64,000 nucleotides of DNA from an uncultured Bacilli bacterium (lineage in GTDB: Bacteria; Bacillota_I; Bacilli_A; RFN20; CAG-449), in the NCBI GenBank assembly GCA_947588815.1, contig CANQAG010000005.1, positions 14,731-78,730 on the forward strand. Direction: 5' to 3'. Shown here piece by piece: positions 20,524 to 28,976 of the stretch. The position numbers were made by a program, and so were the translations under genes. Under the pieces are notes generated by a model, which saw nothing but the letters and a program-made list of their open reading frames with translations, did not search any database and was not told the origin of the DNA. Each line of letters opens with the position of its first letter. Within the stretch, counting starts at the first letter, position 1.

Positions 20524-21252
20524 TTATTTTCTTCTTAAACTTAATATTTTTTGTGGTTTATTTTCATTGTACGTAACAACAACGTCTTGTCCTACTTGTG
20601 CAAAACTATTATCCCAAGCAACTAATTTTTTTCCAATATATTCTTTATCATTGACGCTATATTGGACTTGTAATACTAATGGGAATATAGCATTGTTTAA
20701 AGATGTAGTTCTAACAGGTTTTTTATTGATTTTTAACCACCATAATTTTTTAACTTTAATTATTTTTCCTGCTGTTTCTTCATTACTCATAATTTGTTTA
20801 TCTCCTAATAATTTACGAACTATAATCTCATTTATTATTAAAACAAATAATGCCATTATAAATGTATATTCTAATTCTTTTATATCCTTATAAAATGAAT
20901 ATATAAGCAGTAATGCTAGCAGTATAATAGAAACAAAAAAATCTAATAAATGTAATTTTTGTTTTTTCTTGTTGTATAATTCATTATTTTTTAAGATATT
21001 AACAACATTCTTATCAGACTTTTCTTTATAATCTTCATTACTTATTTTTTCACAAGCAAATAGTTCATTTATTGTAATATCAAGTTCATTACATAATTTT
21101 TCAATGATAGAATAATCTGGTAATCTTCTACCATTTTCCCAATTAGATATAGCACGATCTGTAACATCGATTTTTAAAGCAAGTTCTTGTTGCGTCATAT
21201 TTTTTTCTTTACGACATTTTGCTATAAACTTTCCTATTTTTTCTTGGTTCAT
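20524..21252 (-). CDS. XRE HTH regulator fused to 2 TM helices and a DUF3592-like C-terminal domain
   Basis: IGKFIAKCRKEKNMTQQELA...ISNWENGRRLPD; two hydrophobic helices; GKIIKVKKLWWLKINKKPVR...QVQYSVNDKEY...VVVTYNENKP. Confidence 0.75.
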   Translation of the reverse strand: MNQEKIGKFIAKCRKEKNMTQQELALKIDVTDRAISNWENGRRLPDYSIIEKLCNELDITINELFACEKISNEDYKEKSDKNVVNILKNNELYNKKKQKLHLLDFFVSIILLALLLIYSFYKDIKELEYTFIMALFVLIINEIIVRKLLGDKQIMSNEETAGKIIKVKKLWWLKINKKPVRTTSLNNAIFPLVLQVQYSVNDKEYIGKKLVAWDNSFAQVGQDVVVTYNENKPQKILSLRRK

Positions 21253-21620
21253 AATTTGTTCCTTTCATGTTCAATTATAATATTAATTATTTAAAAATAA
21301 CCAAACAGAGTGTGGAGGTTAAACGTCAAAATAAGACATACCATGGGAAATAAGTGTTTGTTTTTAGGTGTTCAAATTAACGATTTCTTATCTTAACTCT
21401 TAAGGAGAGCTATGATAACACTCGAAAAAAATATAATTAACTGATAAGAATAATTAAAATCGGAAACAAAATAAAGGTATAAATATTACCTTCATTGTTT
21501 AATATGACTTTGGTGTTTTTTTCTCTTTATAGCCAGCTTGTATTTGCGTGCATTGTATCAAAATAATTAATTAGTCGCTGTTGTGAAAAAACCGCTTCAA
21601 CACCATAATAAATATTAAGT

Positions 21621-22925
21621 TTAAGCTTTATTTTTTATACAAAATACTGCATATAAAGGAACTGATTTTATATTATTTTCAAATCCAAAGTTCTTAGTCG
21701 AAATGCGTATTGCATAGGCAGGATTGAATTTTCCAATATAAACCGAAAGGCTTCTTGAACGAGTATTGTCGCTAGATTTTACTTCAATTGGAATGATATC
21801 TTTTTGCAAACGAGTGATAAAATCTATTTCTGCTTGATTTCCACTTGTCCAATAATAACATTGCTGCCCATTGACAATCATCTGATTATTTACATAATTC
21901 TCCGTTAGTCCACCTTTAAAATCAAGGTAGTCATGGTTTTCATAAACTATGTCGTCAATTAAAAGATTTTGACTAGCCGAGCACAATCCAACATCATTCA
22001 TATAAAACTTAAAATCTGTTAATGATTGATTGGCGTTAAGTGGAATTTTAATATGGTCTAACTTATAAAGTTGATTTGCAACACCTGCCAAGCAAAGCCA
22101 TTGGATTGCATCTTCAAATTCATTGGCTCTGCCACCACTTTTAATTGCGGAATACTTAAATTTTCTATTTTCTTTTGCAAGTTGAGTGCTTATATTTTTG
22201 TAAACAAGTTTTGTTTTTGGGATTTCGCTAGCTTTATTATATTTCCCCATATCATCAAAATACGAATCCAAAATAGATTGTTGTGTAATTTTTACAAGTT
22301 CATAATTTTTATTCTTCAGATACTCTTCAACAACAGCAGGCATGCCACCAACATATAAATATTCTTTATATAGTTTTAGCGCTTGTTCATGAAATGGTGT
22401 TGCAAGCGGTTTGTTAAACGCATAACATTCTTTTATTTCGTCAATAAGAAATTGATTATTTGTTGCCATTAAAAATTCTTCAAAGTCCATTGGATACAAA
22501 TCCATGAATTGAACATTTCCAACAGGAAAGGAATGCTGCCCACGATTAACAGACACACCCAAAAGAGATCCCATAGCAATCACATGATATTCTTTTGCCT
22601 CTTCACAAAAATATTTCAATGAAGTCAATGCAGCAGGGCAGGATTGAATTTCATCAAAAATAATCAAAGTATGCTTAGGCAAAACTTCTTTCCTTTTGTA
22701 ATTGGAAATCTTTTTTATAATATTTTGCGGTATTAAATCAGAAAAAAAATCAGCAACACCTTTCTCTTTCTCAAAATTGCAATAAACAACATTCGCATAT
22801 TCTTTACCACCAAACAAATTGACAATATAAGTTTTTCCAACTTGTCTTGCTCCTTGTAAGATCAAAGGTTTTCTATTTTCTGAGTTTTTCCATTCAAGTA
22901 AATGCTTATAAATTTTTCGTTCCAT
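21621..22925 (-). CDS. AAA_14 / DUF4143 ATP-binding protein
   Basis: GARQVGKT Walker A, IIFDEIQ Walker B, GGMPAVV, KFYMNDVGL, EIDF...PIEVKS (PD-(D/E)xK-like tail). Confidence 0.9.
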   Translation of the reverse strand: MERKIYKHLLEWKNSENRKPLILQGARQVGKTYIVNLFGGKEYANVVYCNFEKEKGVADFFSDLIPQNIIKKISNYKRKEVLPKHTLIIFDEIQSCPAALTSLKYFCEEAKEYHVIAMGSLLGVSVNRGQHSFPVGNVQFMDLYPMDFEEFLMATNNQFLIDEIKECYAFNKPLATPFHEQALKLYKEYLYVGGMPAVVEEYLKNKNYELVKITQQSILDSYFDDMGKYNKASEIPKTKLVYKNISTQLAKENRKFKYSAIKSGGRANEFEDAIQWLCLAGVANQLYKLDHIKIPLNANQSLTDFKFYMNDVGLCSASQNLLIDDIVYENHDYLDFKGGLTENYVNNQMIVNGQQCYYWTSGNQAEIDFITRLQKDIIPIEVKSSDNTRSRSLSVYIGKFNPAYAIRISTKNFGFENNIKSVPLYAVFCIKNKA

Positions 22926-22976
22926 AATGGCTCCTCGTTATATTTATATAATATTATTGTGCAAAAATCAAATATT

Positions 22977-23024
22977 TTACACTTTTTGGCACATAATTTT
23001 TTAAAAATATTACACTTTTTGGCA
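22977..23024. repeat. 15-bp direct repeat upstream of the AAA ATPase
   Basis: TTACACTTTTTGGCA at 22977-22991 and 23010-23024. Confidence 0.85.
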
Positions 23025-23153
23025 TTTAACTAAAAATAAATACGTCTAATAATCACTTAATAAGTTTTAATGGAATAACAAAATATTCACATCACAACTA
23101 TAAAACTCGAATAAAAAACAATTAAATTTTAATAATTTATTTTGTACATTTTG

Positions 23154-23188
23154 TGTCACAAATTCAAAAAAATTCTTAATTTGTGACA
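23154..23188. repeat. Perfect 11-bp inverted repeat
   Basis: TGTCACAAATT-N13-AATTTGTGACA. Confidence 0.8.
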
Positions 23189-23329
23189 TATAGTAGGAGA
23201 AATTATATTCTCAATACGCACTTCGGAATCTTCTCTTCAAATATCCAAAGGAACAAAAACAATTTTACAAGATTAAAAATAGAAAAGTTTTGCATCATAT
23301 AAGCTTCTTCTTGCTCTAAGAGGTGCTTG

Positions 23330-23452
23330 ATGCCGTATGCGATACTAAAACTTACCGTCTATAATAAAAATGGTTCCATTTTAGTCCTTGAAGGTAGAGC
23401 TTATCAAACTTATTCGTTATCAAAAATCGAAGGAATTATCATAGGCGAATAA
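23330..23452 (+). CDS. Small ORF (40 aa), unknown function
   Basis: GAGGTG RBS, ATG 23330, MPYAILKLTVYNKNGSILVLEGRAYQTYSLSKIEGIIIGE*; below the ORF-track cutoff. Confidence 0.4.
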   Translation: MPYAILKLTVYNKNGSILVLEGRAYQTYSLSKIEGIIIGE

Positions 23453-23551
23453 TATTGAAACCTTAGGTTAAACCAAAGAAATATAAGTTTCAAGCATATT
23501 ATTTGCAGTATTTCACATTGTTTTTTATAATATTTCAAGGAGGAAACTTTT

Positions 23552-23923
23552 ATGAATTATTTATTTTATCGATGCAATCATTGCGGTCATATTACTAGCG
23601 GCTTAAAAGGTGAAAATGCTCCTTATTGTTGCGGAGAACCGATGTGTCTTTTAGAACCCAATCTCGGAGAAGGCGCTTTTGAAAAACACATCCCGGTTAT
23701 TGAGCAAAACGGTAATTCGGTTTTAGTAAAAGTAGGCAGTGTTCCACATCCTATGCTCAATGAACATTATATCGAAAAGATCTTCTTAGTTACTGATAAA
23801 CGAATTTTAGAAGCAGATTTATTGCCCGGAAATAAACCCGAAGCCACTTTTACTTTAGCTGACCAAGAAGAAGTTATTTCTGCTTATGAATATTGCAATT
23901 TACACGGATTTTATCAAAAATAA
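23552..23923 (+). CDS. dfx: Desulfoferrodoxin / superoxide reductase
   Basis: CNHCG...CCGEPM centre I; EKHIP, PHPMLNEHYIE, CNLHG centre II; AGGAGG RBS. Confidence 0.93.
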   Translation: MNYLFYRCNHCGHITSGLKGENAPYCCGEPMCLLEPNLGEGAFEKHIPVIEQNGNSVLVKVGSVPHPMLNEHYIEKIFLVTDKRILEADLLPGNKPEATFTLADQEEVISAYEYCNLHGFYQK

Positions 23924-23942
23924 TTTATAGTTTGAAATATTT

Positions 23943-23977
23943 AAAACCTTAACTTCTTTGAATTAAGGTTTTTTTTT
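23943..23977 (+). terminator. Terminator after dfx
   Basis: AAAACCTTAA...TTAAGGTTTTTTTTT. Confidence 0.8.
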
Positions 23978-24083
23978 ATATTTTGTAGAATAAAGTTGCA
24001 AACGTGGCATACAATAGTTAAAATCAAATTTACTATAATTTAAAATTCCATTAATTTTATAGTTTTAAAAGGAGGAAAAATTT

Positions 24084-25559
24084 ATGGATAAAAGGAAATT
24101 ATTACTCGCATCAATAGCACTATTGGCGTTAGGTGCATGCGCTAATGGCGAAACCGATAGCTCGCTTTCAACAGAGGAATCTTCCGCTACGACTAATCCT
24201 ACCGATAGTTCTAGCGAAGTCGGATTTGAATTTAATGAAGAAGATTTGACCAATGCTTTGAATGGAATTTCAAAAGGAGTAACTCTTGAAGAATATATTT
24301 TCATGCGCGATCCTTCTTGGCCAAGCAACTATCCCGATACTCAGTATCAATCGACAAAGAAATTCACACGCGATGCCTATAGTTCACTAGATTATTATGT
24401 ATTAGGAGACGACCTAAGTTTACCTCAAAGCGAAACTATCTATTACGCCGATCCAGATAATCTTGGCAATTTATCAGAAATTACTTTGGGACTTGACAAT
24501 AAGTTAATCATATATCAATACGATTTAAAATTTCATGAAAGTATTTTCCAAAACTTTCTTGCCGAGCTAGATCCAAGCTATTTTACAATTACCAATTCTG
24601 GTTATAGTTTAGCGGATTTCGAATATGCAAATTACTATATGGGTTATATTACCGGATTCAGTGTAATGGATAACTATGAAATTGAAGATGGTGTATTTTA
24701 CACTCGTAATTTTGAAATTAACCAATTGCTATTTACCACTCAAGACGGACAATTCGACTTTATTGAATTTGACGCGACTTTATATGGTTCCCTCGACTAT
24801 ACTAATGATCCTGAAAAAAGCGGCGAATTCAGTTATAGTTTTAACGCTTTTTACGATGTTTACGACAACAATAATACCACTGTCGATCTTCCAACACCAG
24901 TCGAATCCGATGGTGTAGACAAATCCGACTTAGAAGCGGCATTCAATAAATTAGGAAAAAACTACACAGCAAATATCACTTTTGAAAACACCTATTCAGA
25001 AGGTTCTACAACTTATGTAGAAAAATACACTGATGATGCTATCTATTATCAAAACGATAATATGGGACTAAAGCGTAATGGCGCTGGTCTTAAGCTCTTC
25101 TCACTCGATGATCAGCAACAAATTGTCGAAGAACAAACCAGTGAAGCCTTGGCACAACTTTCTATCGACAATTACTTCCAATTCCCAAATATTTCACTAG
25201 ATTTAATCGAAAAATCATCTTTTGAAGAATATGCCTCTCAATTTACCGAAGAATCCTATAGTGCCATTGAAGAAGAATATGGTGATTGTACTTTCTATGT
25301 CTTTAAAGATGATGTTACTAATCAATCTTCTTTGTTGAGATCAATGTTCTATGCAGGATATTACTATTACACCGTTATTGATGACACCGATTATTTCGAT
25401 CTTCTCTTCAATTTTTTCTTCATCCTCGACGCTGACGGAAATTTAAGCATAGAATTTAGTACCATTCAAGGTGAACGTAATGGAGATGGCGTATACTACG
25501 CTTTCCCGATTGTAGAAATCACCTACAATAATATCGGTAGTACCACTATTACCGCTTAA
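24084..25559 (+). CDS. Acidic lipoprotein, unknown function
   Basis: MDKRKLLLASIALLALGA-C lipobox, Ser/Thr linker, AGGAGG RBS. Confidence 0.8.
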   Translation: MDKRKLLLASIALLALGACANGETDSSLSTEESSATTNPTDSSSEVGFEFNEEDLTNALNGISKGVTLEEYIFMRDPSWPSNYPDTQYQSTKKFTRDAYSSLDYYVLGDDLSLPQSETIYYADPDNLGNLSEITLGLDNKLIIYQYDLKFHESIFQNFLAELDPSYFTITNSGYSLADFEYANYYMGYITGFSVMDNYEIEDGVFYTRNFEINQLLFTTQDGQFDFIEFDATLYGSLDYTNDPEKSGEFSYSFNAFYDVYDNNNTTVDLPTPVESDGVDKSDLEAAFNKLGKNYTANITFENTYSEGSTTYVEKYTDDAIYYQNDNMGLKRNGAGLKLFSLDDQQQIVEEQTSEALAQLSIDNYFQFPNISLDLIEKSSFEEYASQFTEESYSAIEEEYGDCTFYVFKDDVTNQSSLLRSMFYAGYYYYTVIDDTDYFDLLFNFFFILDADGNLSIEFSTIQGERNGDGVYYAFPIVEITYNNIGSTTITA

Positions 25560-25577
25560 AAGATTAGTGTCCAACTT

Positions 25578-25616
25578 AAAAAAAGACGATAACTCAATGT
25601 TAATCGTCTTTTTTTT
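25578..25616. terminator. Bidirectional terminator
   Basis: AAAAAAAGACGAT...ATCGTCTTTTTTTT between convergent genes. Confidence 0.85.
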
Positions 25617-27387
25617 AAGCTTTCAATTTTTCAACTCGTTTTTTATTTGGCACTCCGATATTGTCCTTGGATTTTGGACATAGCAATGTGGAAGAAATAT
25701 AATCGATTTTAAGCTTAATTAATGCCTCAATAGTGGGCATTGAAGTAATATTAAAAGCGATGATTTGTAACTTGTTAAGATGCAATTTATTTAATAAATC
25801 ATTCAAAAACACTTTAGTTTGCGTGTCTTTGGCGATATCTTTAACTAACGCTTCATCAACAATTGCAAATGTGAAATCTTTAAAACATTTTTCAATCGAT
25901 TCCGTCCCAAAATGAGAAATTTTTAATGCTAAAGCAGAATCACTTTTTTTCACGATTTTTAAAAGATTTTCAAGATCATTACCTTCTTTAACCCAATTTT
26001 CCAAATCGAGATCACTGATACAGAAAACCGGTTGAATCTGCTTAGAAGCATTAATAAGTGCAGTTTCGAACTTTTTTAAAATTTCACTATATGTGATTGG
26101 AAGATCAATAATCATAAACGGATGTTTGTTGGATAATAACGACTTACCGCCGATATTTTGATAATTCAACAGAGAATTTTTAATCAAAAGATCATATAAA
26201 TGAAAATCATTATTTGACAAACGTGCAAATTCAAAAATTTCTCGCAAAGATTTAATTTTTGAATTAGTGCTAATAAATTCACACGCTAATCCCGCCATTT
26301 TAGCTACTTTAATTTCAAATAGTGGCGATAACATGTAAGCAAACTCATTGTTTTCAATAATTTTTGCTATTTCTCCAACCATTACATTACGATAATTTTG
26401 TGCCAAATTAATTGTTTCATCGAAAATCATCACATGGTCGCTATAATCGGATTGTTGTGAATATTTAGAAGTTTGGCGAGCAATTAAAATCATGTCGTCG
26501 ACATTAGAGCGACTTCCTTTTTGGCAAGTAATACCTATTTGAAAGTCATAGTCTTTGCCTAAGGAATTTATTTTAATAAATTTGATAATTTCCTTTTCAA
26601 TTGAATACCCTAAAGCATAAACATCGTTTTTACGTTTCTCTTTATAGTCAACAATTAATATTTCATTAGAATTCGAAATCATAATATCACGTTTGGGATT
26701 CATCAATTTCACTAACCGGTTAATTAATTGTGAAATTAAAATAGAACTAACATTTTCCTCCTCGCTAAATTCCGAATTATTATAAAATCTTACTAAAAAA
26801 ATGTTGACCGGTTCCGAATCCGCCAAGCGTTGTACATGGCGCTTAACCTCTTCCAAAGATCGAATTACCATTTTACGATTACGCTTATAATGCATGGTTT
26901 TACTTACTTCAAATAAAAGATGCGATTCAAGGTGTATTAATTTTTTTTGGTAATTAATACTCGTCGCTTGCAAGATGGAATCGACATTCATCCTAAAAGG
27001 GTTAATATAAATTTGACATTCAAGAACGTGTGGAACCATGTGATTAGGTTTTTCCAACTCTTTAAGCCATACGGAGATTCTCTTTTGATCCAAAGATGAG
27101 AATTTTTGTAAGAATCTTTCAGTAGAAATCACTCTAAAATGTTTAATATTCCATCGATCAAAATAACGAACAGTGTTGTTTTTATAATCTAAAGTGAAGC
27201 GACGAATGTTTCTCTCATCGCGGGCACGAGCAAAACGTTGCGAAATTTTATTCGGACGAAATAAAAGCAAGCGTAATAAAAAGAAAAGTAATACCAGTAC
27301 CACAACGCCAAAAATAATGTATATAGTTAATGGTACTTTATTTAGATAATCGGTTATAGTTTTCCAATTTAGTAAAACTTTAAACAT
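25615..27387 (-). CDS. Membrane-anchored degenerate GGDEF/EAL-like protein
   Basis: One N-terminal TM; EAL-like spacing FAYMLSPLF..MAGLACEF, KISHFGT (DDFGT position), IIAFNITSMPTIEALIKLKIDYISS. Confidence 0.6.
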   Translation of the reverse strand: MFKVLLNWKTITDYLNKVPLTIYIIFGVVVLVLLFFLLRLLLFRPNKISQRFARARDERNIRRFTLDYKNNTVRYFDRWNIKHFRVISTERFLQKFSSLDQKRISVWLKELEKPNHMVPHVLECQIYINPFRMNVDSILQATSINYQKKLIHLESHLLFEVSKTMHYKRNRKMVIRSLEEVKRHVQRLADSEPVNIFLVRFYNNSEFSEEENVSSILISQLINRLVKLMNPKRDIMISNSNEILIVDYKEKRKNDVYALGYSIEKEIIKFIKINSLGKDYDFQIGITCQKGSRSNVDDMILIARQTSKYSQQSDYSDHVMIFDETINLAQNYRNVMVGEIAKIIENNEFAYMLSPLFEIKVAKMAGLACEFISTNSKIKSLREIFEFARLSNNDFHLYDLLIKNSLLNYQNIGGKSLLSNKHPFMIIDLPITYSEILKKFETALINASKQIQPVFCISDLDLENWVKEGNDLENLLKIVKKSDSALALKISHFGTESIEKCFKDFTFAIVDEALVKDIAKDTQTKVFLNDLLNKLHLNKLQIIAFNITSMPTIEALIKLKIDYISSTLLCPKSKDNIGVPNKKRVEKLKA

Positions 27388-27530
27388 TTTTTCTCACCTT
27401 TTTATATTATAAATTTTTCAATTTAATATTAAAAGAAATTAAATTGCTTGATATTAAATTCGGTGAATTGATAAAAGATTTATGATTTTTATTTAAATAA
27501 CTCTAAAATTTGATATAATACAATGGCAAC

Positions 27531-27621
27531 GGAAGAATACCCAAGAGGCCGAAGGGACTAGTTTCGAAAACTAGCAGGAGATTCACGTCTCGCGAGGGTT
27601 CGACTCCCTCTTCTTCCGCCA
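27531..27621 (+). tRNA. trnS: tRNA-Ser (CGA)
   Basis: GGAAGAATACCCAAGAGGCCGAAGGGACTAGTTTCGAAAACTAG, long variable arm, GAGGGTTCGACTCCCTCTTCTTCCGCCA. Confidence 0.95.
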
Positions 27622-27633
27622 TGAAGATAAAAT

Positions 27634-27658
27634 GCGAACCGTATAGGTTCGTTTTTTT
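27634..27658 (+). terminator. Terminator of tRNA-Ser
   Basis: GCGAACC-GTATA-GGTTCGTTTTTTT. Confidence 0.8.
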
Positions 27659-27681
27659 GAAATGAAGTAAAGGAATATTTT

Positions 27682-28953
27682 ATGGGAAGAAAAGTTCTAA
27701 TTTCCGCGACGAAAATAAAAAAAGCAATATCTGCTTCAAACCGATTAATAAAGGAAAAAAATAACGACCTACTCATCAAAGCACAAGGTGGTAAAGAAAA
27801 GACTAAAAAGCCACAATATGCTTTAGATAATGTTGATTTTGATTTGGAAAGAAGAATCACTAGAATAAATTTTACTCAAAAACAGGAATATCGAACAATT
27901 GAAAGATATATTACAAAAAATTATGTTAAATATCCAATATACTCAAATTGGAAAATTCATGAAAAAAAGATAAAAAAAGTAATTAAATTAACTAATTCCG
28001 TATTAGAAACATTAAATAAAAATGAAGATTATTTAATAAGAACATTTGCCAATGAAATTCTTGAAAAGATTGGTAATCCAGATATATTCCCTTCTTGGTA
28101 TCTAAAAGAACTTTTACAAACTGAGCACATAAAACATATTAAGTTTCTAACCAATGAATTATCATCTTATGAAAATGAACAATTAAATACCATAAAAAAA
28201 TTACAACAGCAAATAGAACTTTTTGAAGATAAATTATCTTCTTCAAAAATAATAATAAACATTAAAAAGAAAAAATTACAAAAACGAGAAAAAAAATTAG
28301 AAAAAATCAAAAATAAAAAAAATAATTTTTTCAAAACTTTTTTTACGCTTGGTTTCTATAAATGTTACATTTCTAAGAGAAATATCGCTAGAATTGAAAA
28401 TACTATTAAAAAACTAAATAATAATATTGAAGAATTAAACAATAATATTGTCGAAAACGAAATTCTAGTAAATAAAAATATAGAATCAATAAAAATTATC
28501 GAACAAAATCTAGGTGATAAGAAAAAAAATTTTGAAGTTTTAAAGCAAATTGAAGAAGAAAAATATGCTTTTAAAATTTCAAAAGTACAACCATTAGAAA
28601 ATAGTTTGAAATCTAATTCCGATTTTATTATGCTAAAACAATTTAATGGATACGTATATAAAAAAATCATTGGTTGCTATATTATTCATAATCGCGAAAA
28701 TGACAAATATTACGTAGGGCAATCCAAAGATATCCACAAGCGTATTAAGCAACATTTTAAAGGTACGAAACCTAATAATGTTAGTTTTGCTGAAGATTAT
28801 TATAATTCACTTTTCTTAAACAAAGATGAGATATTTGAAATAAAAATTATTGAATGTCAAACTAAAGATGAATTAGATAAGATGGAAAAAATTTTAATTC
28901 AAGAATACGATTCTTTGAATAGTGGATACAATAAAACGAGTGGTAATGTATAA
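27682..28953 (+). CDS. Coiled-coil protein with C-terminal GIY-YIG nuclease domain
   Basis: GCYIIHNRENDKYYVGQSKDIHKRIKQH...EKILIQEYDSLNSGYNKTSG; long Lys/Asn/Glu heptad region upstream. Confidence 0.8.
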   Translation: MGRKVLISATKIKKAISASNRLIKEKNNDLLIKAQGGKEKTKKPQYALDNVDFDLERRITRINFTQKQEYRTIERYITKNYVKYPIYSNWKIHEKKIKKVIKLTNSVLETLNKNEDYLIRTFANEILEKIGNPDIFPSWYLKELLQTEHIKHIKFLTNELSSYENEQLNTIKKLQQQIELFEDKLSSSKIIINIKKKKLQKREKKLEKIKNKKNNFFKTFFTLGFYKCYISKRNIARIENTIKKLNNNIEELNNNIVENEILVNKNIESIKIIEQNLGDKKKNFEVLKQIEEEKYAFKISKVQPLENSLKSNSDFIMLKQFNGYVYKKIIGCYIIHNRENDKYYVGQSKDIHKRIKQHFKGTKPNNVSFAEDYYNSLFLNKDEIFEIKIIECQTKDELDKMEKILIQEYDSLNSGYNKTSGNV

Positions 28954-28976
28954 AATATGAAAATGAATTTCTTAAT

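Larger units (their letters stand above)
20223..23500. mobile_element. Putative genomic islet downstream of tRNA-Gly (no integrase; boundaries approximate)
   Basis: Visibly more AT-rich, depleted in the ATCG/CGAT words common in flanking core genes, carries accessory genes and long gaps; no attR copy seen. Confidence 0.5.

Noticed and set aside
20504-20893. 129-aa plus-strand ORF
   Set aside because: Antisense to the XRE fusion gene, with no RBS or motif; the same applies to the other short antisense ORFs inside long genes
27558-27860. 100-aa minus-strand ORF in the track
   Set aside because: Antisense shadow of tRNA-Ser and the GIY-YIG gene
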